A model generated the notes under the pieces. The model made no database searches and had not been told where the DNA came from. It saw nothing but the letters and a program-made list of their open reading frames with translations. A program made the position numbers and the translations under genes. From NCBI GenBank assembly GCA_025201805.1, contig MU619343.1:1-64000 (forward strand): a stretch of 64,000 bases of DNA, in the 5' to 3' direction. Origin of the DNA: Parasitella parasitica NRRL 2501 (lineage: Eukaryota > Fungi > Mucoromycota). Positions 42,404 to 54,959 of this stretch are shown here, piece by piece; position 1 is the stretch's first letter; each line of letters opens with the position of its first letter.

Positions 42404-43294
42404 CTAACAGGCACATTTGTCAGTTTGGTTGTTTTTTTGCTGGTTGCTCAAATTTGTTGTGTTTTTGCTGCTTAATAAGTTCGAGGATATCTGCGCCTGC
42501 TCCAAAGATACATGATTCGCTACATGGTAACAAGAGAGCTGAGTAAGTTATTCCATGTAATGTATTGAATATATCAGCACATTTACCAATCTCGGAAAAC
42601 GCATGATCGATATTTGTACCATCACGAGCACTTGTCTCAAAGTACAAAAGATCAAACTCTTTAGCGTATGAATTTCCTTGTTCTGTTGAAATCTCTCGAT
42701 ATCTCTCTTCAATATCAATTTTATTGCCAATAACTGCTATGATTAAGTTTGGATTAGCTTGGCGTTTAAGTTCTTGTACCCATGTTTGAGCCCGAGTGAA
42801 GGACACCTATAAAATACTCAATAATACTATCAAAAGAGGGCATATAAGTACAACACTAACATATTTTGTAACGTCGAAGACAACCATGGCTGCTAGAGCA
42901 TTTCTATAGTACATTGGTGCGAGTGAATGAAATCTTTCCTGTCCAGCTGTATCCCAAATCTCGAATTTGATCTCACGATGCTCCGTGGAGCAGACCTTGG
43001 TCAAGAACGCAGCTATAGTAGATTATTATGTTGTCAAAGGGTGCCTCATTGATAATATATTTATAAAAATACCTCCAATAGTAGCGTCTCTTCCGTCCGT
43101 AAAAGTATTTGTAGCATATCGAATGACAATACTTGATTTACCTACGGAGGATTCACCTGTGTATTTTTTCCTGATGGTTGGTATTCCCCGAATGTAACAC
43201 ACACAGGCACACAGCCTTTGTTGATTCACATACCTAATAATACTAATTTGACTGAAGGAATTTGAGTCGACATTTGAAGAGGCTTTTTGTTCAT
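42404..43294 (-). CDS. Rab5-family small GTPase (Vps21/Ypt52-like); 5 exons
   Basis: KLVLLG|[12 protein letters not shown]|[39 protein letters not shown]; spliced C-terminus ends DKCAC-stop. Confidence 0.92.
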
Positions 43295-43552
43295 TTAAAA
43301 TTACAAAACAGATAACAAGAAAGAAGAAGAAGAAAAAAAAAAAAAAAGTAAAAAGGGGTCAGGGCCAGGTTTATTCTTGGTACAATTGTACGTTTAGCAT
43401 TTAATTATTTATGATGGAAGAGATTTTCCCAACATGGAAACCAAGCAAGTTACAGCGTGACTCCGCGGTTTTCGCATAAATAGGATTGTTTATCATCGCA
43501 CGCAGCTTGATCTTTTTCTCTCTCACTTTTCAAACACTTGTTTTTCTACATC

Positions 43553-44309
43553 ATGACCATCATTACAGCAGAAAGTGCCATCAAAGATACATTGGAAAAA
43601 GTGGGACTCATCCCAGATGGTAAATTCACATTCGATTAAATAGTATAATCTATCAGTTTATAAAAAGTTGCAAGTCATACCTAGTGCCGCTTCCTCGTCT
43701 ACACTGCTACAAGTCAATTTTCAAGACGGGAGCAAAGATGTAGCATTAGGCAATGACTTGACCCCTCAAGAAGCCAGTGAGATGCCCAATGTTTTCTTTC
43801 TGTCTCCTGACCAATCTGCATTCTACACTCTTGTGATGGTAAATAGCGCAAACAAACAAGCTCGATTTAGCCACTGAATGTCATATAATGTAGACTGATC
43901 CAGATGCACCCTCTGTGCAAAATAAAGAGTTTGGTCCTTGGCGTCATTGGGTGGTGACCAATATTTCAGGTACATACTTTTTCCTGCTATTACGCTGGAT
44001 TAAATGATTCACCATTGGCCAAAAAATTAAAACGTTCATCTACAATACAAAACTATAGGTTCGGATGTCAGAGATTCTGTGAAAGATACCGAGAATCAGC
44101 ATACTCCTTATATTGGACCTGGACCTGGAAAAGGCACTGGTACGCATAGGTATACGTTCTTACTTTACAAGCAATCCAGAGGCGAACAGAAGTTTGAGAC
44201 CATGGAACACGAACAAAGAGAACAACGCCGTAAATTTGATATTCGTCATTTTGAGAGTCAAAATGAATTGGAGCTGATTTCCGTCAACTTTTTTCATTGC
44301 CCTACATAA
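43553..44309 (+). CDS. PEBP/RKIP-family protein (Tfs1-like); 4 exons
   Basis: GLIPD|VIP, FYTLVM|TDPDAPS..WRHWVVTNI, YIGPGPGKGTGTHRYTFLLYKQ. Confidence 0.92.
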
Positions 44310-45354
44310 AATAGGTTCATAACAGTGAGAAAGTCTGCGTTTTTATATGAACTAAAGACATAAGCAACTAGCTAATATAGTGCCAATTAAATACTGTGTA
44401 TTTTATTAAAGAAGACAATTTATATAACTCTATTGCAGACCCTAGTAGCAACAATGGTCAGCGATACCAGCTAATATAGCAATTAAATATAAAAACATTT
44501 TTCAAAGAGCGTCTCAAGCCTGAAAACATCAAAACCAAACTAGAATTGCAAAAATAGCATGTTAAACGGCTTTAACGCGCCAAGAAATTGGTATCTAAGC
44601 ATACCTTAACTTTTAATGTATCTTTTGATACTACATTTACATGTGTTTGGCAAGTTGTTATAGTATTTTAAACCGATGCGAGGTGTCTGACAACCTTTTT
44701 TCTGTCTTTTACAGGAAAGTAAATTTTAAAATAGGAGCGTGCAATTTCCAGATTATTTAAAGCTACAAAAATAGAATAGTTAGGAAGCTATAATGCAGAA
44801 TAATTATTTATATTGATACGGTGTATTTGTAATGTGTTTACAGGTAGATACTGCCACTTCAAGTTAGACTTTTGGTTGCAAAAATGGTGTTTTTCTTCCA
44901 AAAACTTCGGCATCGCGTAAAAAATTTAAAATGCCGTTTGTATTGGTTACTGTTTGGAAGAAGCAGCGCAAAAAAACAAAAAAAATCATAAAAGTCAAAC
45001 ATTGCTATACTAGTTTTTAAAATAATTGGAAAAGTTGGATTTATATGCTTTATTAACATTTTTTATATTGCAAAAATCTCGTTTCTTAGCAATACAATTT
45101 TTAACGGATATCTCCTCCTACTCATTAAAGCAATCTTTGGAGATATTCAATCTCGGAAAACTTTAATCACTGTTTACGGAAAAGTAGAGGACCTACCTTG
45201 TTGTTCACCAGGGCAGCGATACCATTGCAAGCAAGCTGTTTCAAAGCGTTATTATACACCATTGAGCTTTTCTGGAATTTCTTGACATAAGGTAAGTGTC
45301 TTTCTCAAATTTCTTTTTAGCTGATTACACAAATATATTCATTATGTATGAGAT

Positions 45355-46342
45355 TGATAATGTTATCATTGTCTTACTGCGCTCAATTTTCATGGATAAC
45401 GTTTAAAAAACGGATTCTTAGATGAGCACATCGTAAGAAACGCAGATAGCTTGCTTGGGATACTGACGACAATAAGATTGGAAAAGGAAAAAAAGGAAGC
45501 CTTTTCTTGATCACAAGCTTCTTGATCACAAGCCTCTTTTTTTTTGTTACAATCGTTTTGATATATGGTTTAATAGTGCTAGAAAACATAATATTTTAAT
45601 TAGTTGCTACAATAATGATACCTGGTTGTCAAGGATAGCCAATAATGTTTTATTACCCCTGGTTGTCATGGTTACTATTATCGGTATCGGATCAAGAAAA
45701 AAAAAAAAAAAAGTAGATGAGCCATTTTGTCAATGCTGGTCTGCATGAACTAGTCGTATAAATTTTTTGAAACAGAGATGACAAATAATTTTCAATTATG
45801 ATACTATATTCCTGAAAAAAGGCGTGCGAGTAACATGAATCCAGAAATAGTTTGACAAAAGATAAGATGCTTTTCATTACAAGTACACAATTCACTGAAA
45901 CAAAATTGAAGTTTACATAACACGAGAGAAATATATCCATATCAGTCATAGCTTGTGATAAAGGATTTACATCATTTTGTAATATAAAAGTTGATTGAGA
46001 GATAGATAAGTTTTTGGGATTAGATCTAAAGTAACATATATGGACAAACTGTATTCACGTGATGTTCTTATCACTTGGTGTGCTCAAAGTTAGAAATTAT
46101 GGGATCCGCGGTAAGGACCAATTAAGGGGAAATGAAGGGGTTGGCAATCAATTGGAGATAAACAGAGATTGATTCAAAAAATGAGATAACAAATGTATAC
46201 TGATTGGATGAAATCTCCTCCGAGCAATTCTTCAGCTACTAGATGTTGCTATCAATGGCCAATCGTAAATGTTTCGTGACCTTAATGATAAAAACTGATA
46301 AATAAAGAGAATAAAAAAAAAAACCATTACTGGATCCTATCT
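45355..46342 (+). promoter_or_regulatory. GATA-site and CCAAT-box rich upstream region of the GATA factor
   Basis: At least 13 WGATAR sites on either strand and about five CCAAT boxes counted by eye. Confidence 0.45.
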
Positions 46343-46407
46343 CTTTTCTTTCTTTTTATTTTTTTTTCTTTTCTATTTCCATCTTGCATTAGTTGTAAAT
46401 AAGAAAA

Positions 46408-47880
46408 ATGACAGTAAAATCTCCCTTCTACAATAAGCCATCAACATCAACTAGTGTTGACTCTTGCCATAAATGCCCGTTAATACAGCCTACCATCCAA
46501 ATGCCCAAAACAAGTGATATGAATTGTCTACAACAACAAGACCAGCTTACTACAGTCACAATAGCTGGCTTCGATCAGTCAAAGGTTTCTGCCCCTTCCA
46601 GCAACAACTTCCCCTCAGCCGTTGTTGAGCCGAGCAACTCCAGTGTTGCGAAATCGGACATTGGAAGTGCGGTCGTTACCTCGTGTTCGAACTGTGGTAC
46701 TACCACCACTCCCCTGTGGAGAAGATCTCCTCTTGGAGAAACAATCTGCAATGCTTGTGGTCTTTATTATAAGGCTCGTAATACAACCCGCCCTGTCTGG
46801 TTGAAGAGAAATGCTTTAAAGCGTCCCAAGAATATGACAATCAGTCCAGTTGCTCTTGCTCCACGCATCTCTCCAGCTCCACTATTAGCGCCTGCTCCAG
46901 CCCCACCATCGTCATCATCTGCTACTGCCTCGACATCAGCACCAACCTTTGTAGTTGTGCAGCCTCAACAACAACAACACCGTCAGTCAGTAATTCAGCA
47001 AAAGGAAAATGCCAATGTTTTATCACCTACATCTACCACTGAAGATCTGGCCAATCTTAAATGTGCAAATTGCGAGACAACCACCACACCTTTATGGAGA
47101 CGTGATGATACAGGCCATCCCATTTGTAATGCTTGTGGGCTTTATTTCAAGCTGCATAGCGTCCGTCGCCCCATTACTATGAAACGTTCTACTATAAAGC
47201 GTCGTAAACGAGTTACTGCTGCAACCATGGTAACTCATAAGCCTGTAATCCTTCATCATCAAGTTATTGCTCCACTTGGCACCGAAAGCCCTCCTTGCGG
47301 CTTTAAAAGGCGAATTGAGAACGGCACTGAAAGTCCACCTAAGCGTCTTGAACATTTGCGCCCATTGTTGCCTTCGCCCTGTGTTACTAATGTTGCTCCT
47401 GCTCCTGCTACTGGTACTGCTACTGCCATAGAACGCCCATCTTCGCCTGCTTCAAGCATTTACTCTGTTTCATCTTCACCCGATCCCATTGAACCTGACG
47501 TCTTTCAAAATTATCTTCCATCTCCCCCTATGAGACCTATGAAGAGCACTTCGAATATTGCATGCTTATTGAACCCAGAAGTTGACCGTCATCAAAGAAG
47601 CCTTCCCAGCTTGCCTTCTCCTTCGATCCCTCACGAGGATATGCTTCCCCTATCACCTAGAATGAACAATGATTCCAAACATGTTGCCAGTGCTTTTGCT
47701 GCTACCGTCTCTGCCCTACTCAACCCTATCACTGCAGTCGGGGCCAAAAATACACATCAAGTGTTGGAAGCTCATCGTATTGAATTGAAGCGTGAAGTGA
47801 CCAATCTTACTTCTCTGTTGAGCCGTACAACAGCGATGCTCCAGAATATAGACCAAGTCATGGCCACTTCAGCAAATTGA
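46408..47880 (+). CDS. Two-finger GATA transcription factor, SreA/Fep1/Urbs1-like
   Basis: Two CX2CX17CX2C fingers ([33 protein letters not shown]; [47 protein letters not shown]); C-terminal coiled coil. Confidence 0.9.
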   Translation: MTVKSPFYNKPSTSTSVDSCHKCPLIQPTIQMPKTSDMNCLQQQDQLTTVTIAGFDQSKVSAPSSNNFPSAVVEPSNSSVAKSDIGSAVVTSCSNCGTTTTPLWRRSPLGETICNACGLYYKARNTTRPVWLKRNALKRPKNMTISPVALAPRISPAPLLAPAPAPPSSSSATASTSAPTFVVVQPQQQQHRQSVIQQKENANVLSPTSTTEDLANLKCANCETTTTPLWRRDDTGHPICNACGLYFKLHSVRRPITMKRSTIKRRKRVTAATMVTHKPVILHHQVIAPLGTESPPCGFKRRIENGTESPPKRLEHLRPLLPSPCVTNVAPAPATGTATAIERPSSPASSIYSVSSSPDPIEPDVFQNYLPSPPMRPMKSTSNIACLLNPEVDRHQRSLPSLPSPSIPHEDMLPLSPRMNNDSKHVASAFAATVSALLNPITAVGAKNTHQVLEAHRIELKREVTNLTSLLSRTTAMLQNIDQVMATSAN

Positions 47881-48446
47881 ACAGTTTTATCTTTTTCATC
47901 ATAAATAAATCGCATTTATATTTATATGACGCATTAAATGTGTTTTACTTTGATACCTCTACATGTGAAATCACATGAATTTGTTTGTATTTTGGATGGC
48001 AACAGACCTGCTTAGTTGACGATGCATGCACTGTATGATTTTAAAACAAGTAGTGGCTTCAGCAAAACGTAACTCAAAATGTAACCGTTTTAACATTGTT
48101 GCACATGTAGTAGCATTGATAACGATAAAAACTTACACTATATATTCAATGTATTTGAGCAGATAGTTTACCAATGTGTTTAATATTATATAGTATATTT
48201 CAAAGTATAGGTAATTTGTCATGGAGACAGCTGTAAATTGTAACATTCGTTATCTTGTATTCAGGTTTAGTAATGGTATTCAGGCATAAATATGTCGGAG
48301 TGTGGACCCCACAATATTGCTGACACTCCAGTTATTTGTTCAAAGTCAATCCTATAAGCATTTGTAAAGTGAATTACAAACCATTTATCTTGTCTTTCTT
48401 TCGCTTCAAACACTCTTTCACTCAACCGTTTCTGGCTCTTTTAAAA

Positions 48447-49430
48447 ATGGAATATGATCCAGCAGTGTATACGCATAAAGCATCTAGCATTACTAGTATA
48501 ACCAGTACAAATAGCAACAGTACATGGGAGTCCAATCACCAACAATTTAACTTGATGGGCAGTGATCAATTCATAATCCAAAATGACGGTAATGTATCTA
48601 ATATTTATGCGTTTATATACCGTATATAGCATTTGTTATATACTAAAATTCGGTACATGCCTGTAGATTTTGTATCTGAAAGAATTTCATTACAAGATGT
48701 TACATCAGTGCATTCACTCCTCGGCAACAACATGAGCATTAATGTAAGGCTATTTACATAACACAACTCATAATAATGCATTTTAATTATTTTATCATGG
48801 CCCTTTCCCCCACAAACACGATCTACCTTAATTAGAAAACTGAATACCACAAGCAATGCCATACTAATACGGAACATGAGCAAACATTGGCAAGTGACCA
48901 ACTGAATAATATGACTCACGAAAGAAACACATACCTCACATCCTCGTATTCTCCTGCTCCCATCTATTTGCAAGATGGAGATCAGGTTACAAAAAATTAT
49001 CATATGTCCAGAACACAACAACAATCAAAAAGCCCCATTATTCGTCAAATTCAACCAGTATTTGTGCCTGAAAGTACTAATACTACTCCCAACACAAGAC
49101 AAAGATCAAGCTCAATACTATCTCTGGATCCAAACTGTAGTAGCGTCGTAAAGAGACAGAAGCCAAACAATCGAGATATACTTACTGATGATGAAAAAAG
49201 AGTCAATCATATAGCATCCGAACAAAAAAGACGGAATACAATACGCTTAGGCTTTAAAGAGCTGACAGATATTATTCCGACATTGAAGAATATTAACAAT
49301 TCGAAAAGTACCATTTTGTTCAAGACTGTTGATTATATCAAGTATCTTGACAAGCGAAATCGTAACTTGAGAGAGAAGATTTCTACGCTGCGAGTTCGAA
49401 TGAATGTACAAGGCCGCGTGATGCAACAGC

Positions 49431-49463
<33 letters not shown>

Positions 49464-49822
49464 ATCATCATCATCACCAGCATCGAGCGCAGAGAAAATA
49501 TTCATCTTACCAACAGAAACAATCCAATATAGATAACTGCGAATTTAGCCATCTACCTGCGAATGCTGTTTCTGCATTGATAGCTCACAAAAACCAGCAG
49601 AAGCAACTAAAGGCATTGCAGGAACAATTAAGGCTTCAAAAGCAACTGCTTGTTAAACACAACATCTTGCCAGAATACTTGATATCTCCACCCTCTCCTT
49701 CTACGTTGCCATCATCAAAGCCATCATTTTCAGATCAATCATCTTTTTCCAGCCTACACAAGTATAATTCGATCTCTATTCCATCGAGCACTAGTAGCCA
49801 TGGCGATGAGAATGATGACTGA
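48447..49822 (+). CDS. bHLH(-ZIP) transcription factor (Ino4/Mlx-like) with polyQ; 3 exons
   Basis: EKRVNHIASEQKRRNTIRLGFKELTDIIPTL..SKSTILFKTVDYIKYL; (CAA)n tract about 49423-49461. Confidence 0.9.
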
Positions 49823-50377
49823 TCATTAATGATAAAAAAAACCGAACACGTTTTACGTATTCCATATACGACACTATTTATACATTTCTATATAAAAAAG
49901 AAAATCTACTTTTTCACAAGCACTTTCTCCCATTATTTCTCTCTCTCTCTTTTCTTCCCTTTCTTTTGTCTGAATAAATGAATTTTGTTTACGATTATCA
50001 TTTCGTTCCACCAATCAAACTCTGACGGCTGCTTACAAGCATACCGTGATCCGCCGAACATTGGAGTGCCTACACAGCATCCACAAGGACTTGCTTTATG
50101 ACGCATCTGCTTTAAACAATATTTCATTCGTACGAAATTTTTTTTTTACATTGCCCGCAGACGAGACGAAGGATATTCTAGTGAAAAAGAGTTCAAAGAT
50201 GTCAATCCTTTTTCTTCATTAAATTCGAGGCTTGGCGAAGGCTTGGTTGTATACTCTTGCTTTTCCTCTATCAAAATCAAGAACTCCGGTTGAAGAATCA
50301 TAGCATAGCATAAGCTTACATCAAGGCAGCATAAAGAGCAACAACAGAGAGCACCAGACATATCAAGAAGTTTCCGA

Positions 50378-52579
50378 ATGGCACGTGTACACTTGTTCAC
50401 ATCCTCGACTCCCCATAGCGAAAGAGGTCGACAATCTCCCTCTCCCGAATGCAACGATATAGCTGACGACGCTCCCTGTCCATCGACAGAGAACATCACA
50501 ATAGCTGCAAATGAGACACCAACATTGAGCCATGAAGATGCGAATACGTTAGACGTAGATGCCGTAGCAGCCTCGCCTACATCTATAAAATTATCAACCC
50601 CCGCCTCTCCTCATCTACAACATCCACAGCAGGATCTAGCATCAAGCACTGCAGCCCTCACTGCCGCTTTGTTACAATCAGCTCATGAAAACGAGCAGGC
50701 GACCGACACTGTAGCTGCTACCATATCAAAAGAATCTCGTAAGTGAAAAAAAAAAAAGAATCCTAAAGTGCCACATGGAGACTAATTTCCGGAATACCAC
50801 ATAGATTCATATTCCGGTTTACCACCATCAGTGCAAAATGAGCAACAACAGCAGCAACCCGTCAAAGCTGACGATGCCGCTGATCAAGCAACTGTAGCAG
50901 CAACAGCGTTGCAGCTCTTAGGGCTCTCTCATTCTGACAACACCACCAACCCAAGCAAGGATCTAACAAACAATACATCGCAAAACGTGTCTAATAGCAA
51001 CAATGGTAGTGCAAACGCAGATTCTGATAATGTGGTGCTGATTGCGAGTTATCCAGGACTCGCTTCCAACGCTGAAGACATTGACCTAAACAGTGATGAC
51101 ATGGTTCAGGATTACAAAAGGGGTACATGGACTAGAGAAGAAGACGAGTTGTTGTTGTCAGGCATCAAGAAGTTTGGGTACGGCCGATGGAAAGAAATTG
51201 CTACCAGCATACCGAGACGAAAGGGTAAACAGTTGAAGCAGCGCTGGGATAATACACTAGCAGCCAAGTATGTGGATCAAGAGTGGTTAAAAAGCAAGAT
51301 AGAAAGCGAGAGTAATCTTCAGCAACTGCAGCTACGAGTTCCTCTTCCTCCTCCCTCGCTTTCTTTGCTAGAAATGAATAAATCAAATCACAGTGGAGCT
51401 TCATCTCCTAGCAACAATAATACGACGGGATCAACAGACGATAAAGCTCTCAAATTTTTAGAAGCGACCGATTGGAATGAGATTGCTTTAAAGATCAGTG
51501 AAAAGGCTAGAGAGGGAGATCAACATGCTATAGAAGCTCTATTATCTCAGGCGCTTTTAGGCACTGTCGCTAACCACGCTAGTGCAGCTGCGACGGCATC
51601 TAATTCAGCAAATGTCAGTACAAATGCTACGTCTTCTCCTGTCATTGGCGACAATAACAAGACCATTCATGGTGGAGATAGTACGCCTATCACCGATAGC
51701 GTAGTTTCCTCTCCTGTACAGCCCCACCAAAACTTTGATACCTTTTCATTGCAGCATCCCTCAAATCCAGGCACCCCATCAACATCTACAAACAGCAATA
51801 GTTTCCCCCACAATAGCCCGCCTCCTCTCACATTAGCTGACGCAGCGGCTTTGGCATTGTATGCGAATCAACTCTCTCAACAGTCTGGTAGCCATGCAGC
51901 TTCCTACTTTCTGCCATTTGGTACTGCGCCTACCACCAATAATGAAAGCTCGGTAACAGCAGAAGCAACAGGAGTGGCGGCCATCCAGCACCATCCACCT
52001 TCTGATTCCTCACAACTACAGGCATACGCCTCTTCTTCTGTTTCATCCAACAACACAACCATATCGCCCTCACAGCCATCACTTGGTGCCAACAAGAGTG
52101 CCATAGGGAAGAAAAGACGTCGTTCTGATCCAGCCTTAGCAGACACACAAAGTGCAGCCATGAACATCTATGCGTCGGCAACGCCGATCACCACCACTAT
52201 CAATAATCAAACGCAAACGGTATTCCCGTGCCTGTTCCCTCAATGTGGCAAGACATTTGCAAGGCTGTATAATCTCAAGAGTCACTCAAGGACACACACT
52301 GACGACAGACCTTTTGTATGCCATGCTTGTACTGCTGCCTTTAGCCGTAATCATGATTTGAAACGCCATTCCAAGATACATGGAGGAGATAAACCCTACA
52401 GATGTGAAGGCTGTCAGAAGAGTTTCTCAAGGTAAGACGTCAAGATATATGAAAAAATGGTTGCCATGCCTTGATAGTAATTTTTTTTTTTTTTTTTTTT
52501 CAATGTTACATATAGACTGGATGCCTTGAAACGACACAAAACTAATCAAAGAAACAAACAAGGATGCAATGAGAGCTAA
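50378..52579 (+). CDS. Myb/SANT plus three-zinc-finger (Crz1-like) transcription factor; 3 exons
   Basis: [43 protein letters not shown]; [47 protein letters not shown]|LDALKRH. Confidence 0.9.
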
Positions 52580-53970
52580 CCATAGCATATTGTATCAAAA
52601 AACTACTACCATTATTTTGCCCACTTACCCACTCAATCACTCACATATTGTATTATTTTCGAACCCTTCCTTACTACCGTAAATATTGATTATTTTCTGG
52701 ACACAAATATTGAAATAAAATGTTTTTTTTTTTTTGCTAATATTGAACCTGATATATAAAGGTATGGTATTACAGAGTGTGTTTAATACATCTGCAGCCA
52801 TTTCTCTCGTAACGCCACAATTTCATGTCGCAAGAAACACCAAAATTGCATTAAATTGCACTTTAAAAGACATATTACACTCGCTGTTGCTTTTTAATAA
52901 AGTTCGCAAGTATACCAAACAATCTCTTTTGATCACCAGAAGTATTCTGTATCATTTTGTGGCAATTTGAGGGCCAAAAAAAATTCATGATTTTTCTACG
53001 ATTTTGCATGAGGTACCCCTTTACCAAAAACGACTTTTCAAGAATATCCGAATTTTAAGGTCAAAAACGAGACTTTTTATTAAGATATATACCAAAGTAA
53101 AATATGCATATAAGTGCTATTCATTAATTGAAAGTGCTTGAAGATAGGTTTGATAATAAATATATCTACTTTTTTCCATAAAACATTAAAACTGAATTTT
53201 CTCAATAACTTTATATTTTCTTTAAAAATTGTAAATCTAAAAATTCCACCATTTTTACCAAAAAAAAGGCTATATACTTGATTTATGGCACAAACCATGC
53301 TAGATATACGATTTGTGAAAATAAAACCTTTTAAAAAATTAAATGGTCAATTTTTCTGTTTTTTGGGAATTTGATAAAAAAAATATTAAAAGAGAGCAGG
53401 CGTAGTAAAATAAGTGAATTATTGACATCTGTTGGGAGATGATAAATGCCGCAAATTGGACATGGCACGTTCCACAATAGATTGGTTGTCAAGAATAACT
53501 GCATCGAAATGTTTTTTCCATTTAGCTCGCCAGACAGAGGTTAGAATACAGGTAATTGCTTGCTTGATGAGGCTTAATTACCCGTGCATAAGAGCGCATC
53601 GTATCTTTCTGTTTGTTTGGATTATGGCGAGAGTATCCATTGTTTCCCCATAATTTATCACCATAGAAAGTCTAGTTATTTCAAACGTCGCTGCCGCCAG
53701 ATTTTGGCCATAACCGGATGCTATTTGTTCGTAAATGAACAGTGGATCAATACAGCTTCGCAATTCAACTCGTAAGGTTATAAAAGTATAGGGTATATCT
53801 GCATAAGTCAGCAATCAAAGTCTGTGTACGAGTACAAAATTCTGTTAATAAACCGAAGCGAGATGAAGATTTTGCATTCTCAGTCAAGGTATATTATCAT
53901 GCGAAGCATTAGAAAATACTATTATTTTAAACAAAGTGCACTTGTTAACACTTTTTATTGTGCTATTTCT

Positions 53971-54899
53971 CTACTTGTATTGAGCATAAGGATCGTTTCC
54001 TGCGATATCACGACGCTGGCCAAAACTCATTCCAGACTACAATCAAAAGAATGACAATGTTATACAATAATCCAATTTGCCAAACTCTTTTCTTCGAGAT
54101 CTTACTTGACTGGCACCTCCCGTGTATCCATATTGATAAGTGTTGAACGTTGCATTAGCGGCATTAGCTGCATCCTTTGAGTATGTTGGCTTTTGTTTGT
54201 CGGCAAGTTTACCTCCGAGATACTATATATGCATGCATGAATTAGACTTTTCTCCTCTCTTGATGGAACGCTGCGGCTATACTACTTACATTTGGCGATG
54301 TACCAGCTTTATACCCATATCTTGATAATGAGAAAATTGCATCAATCACTTGGGTCATATTCTTTTTTTCAAACAAATCCACCGTTTGGAAAAGGTCATT
54401 TTTGGGTACGCCTAAAGCTTCAGCGCCCCTTAGAAATATCGAAATGTTTTCCATCTAATTAATTGTGTTGCATTCAGTGCAAGAAGCTTTAAATTGAGTG
54501 GGCATTGCTGAACAAAAAAAAAAAAATACCTGAACAAATGGCATTTTTGATTGCTTAAACTTTCCTTGGCCCGGTACTAATTTACCTATGACTCTATTCA
54601 GGGTTTGATCGTTTCAGTGCGAATGTAGAAGATTTCATGAATGGTGATAATCCCTCCTTAGTGTACCTACTTGCATAAAATGACACCGTCTTTCAAGCTA
54701 TCAGCAAAATTGTCAGAAGGAAACTTTTCGTTGATCAACTCCTCAATCCATTGCTGTGCTTGTTGCTCGCGTTCAACTGAATATTTGGCATTTATTCTCG
54801 CTTGGATCTCTAAATACCATCCTTTAAACAGATGTGCATAGCAAATCTTATAAAGCGTTTACCTTTGTCAATACCATATAAAGGTGTTTCGTCTTCCAT
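53971..54899 (-). CDS. SCP1: Transgelin/calponin (CH domain plus calponin repeat); multi-exon
   Basis: FADSLKDGVILCK, KMPFVQ|MENISIFL..DLFQTVDLFEKKNMTQV, QYGYTGGASQ|SGMSFGQRRDI. Confidence 0.88.
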
Positions 54900-54959
54900 G
54901 ATAAAACAATAAAAAAAAACTATGCTGCAAGAATAAAATAAAAAGGAAACCGCCGAGAT

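Noticed and set aside
42404-42590. Rab5 ORF in the track appears to lack C-terminal cysteines
   Set aside because: Splicing to the CCATGTAG acceptor shifts frame and gives a normal ..TDKCAC prenylation motif
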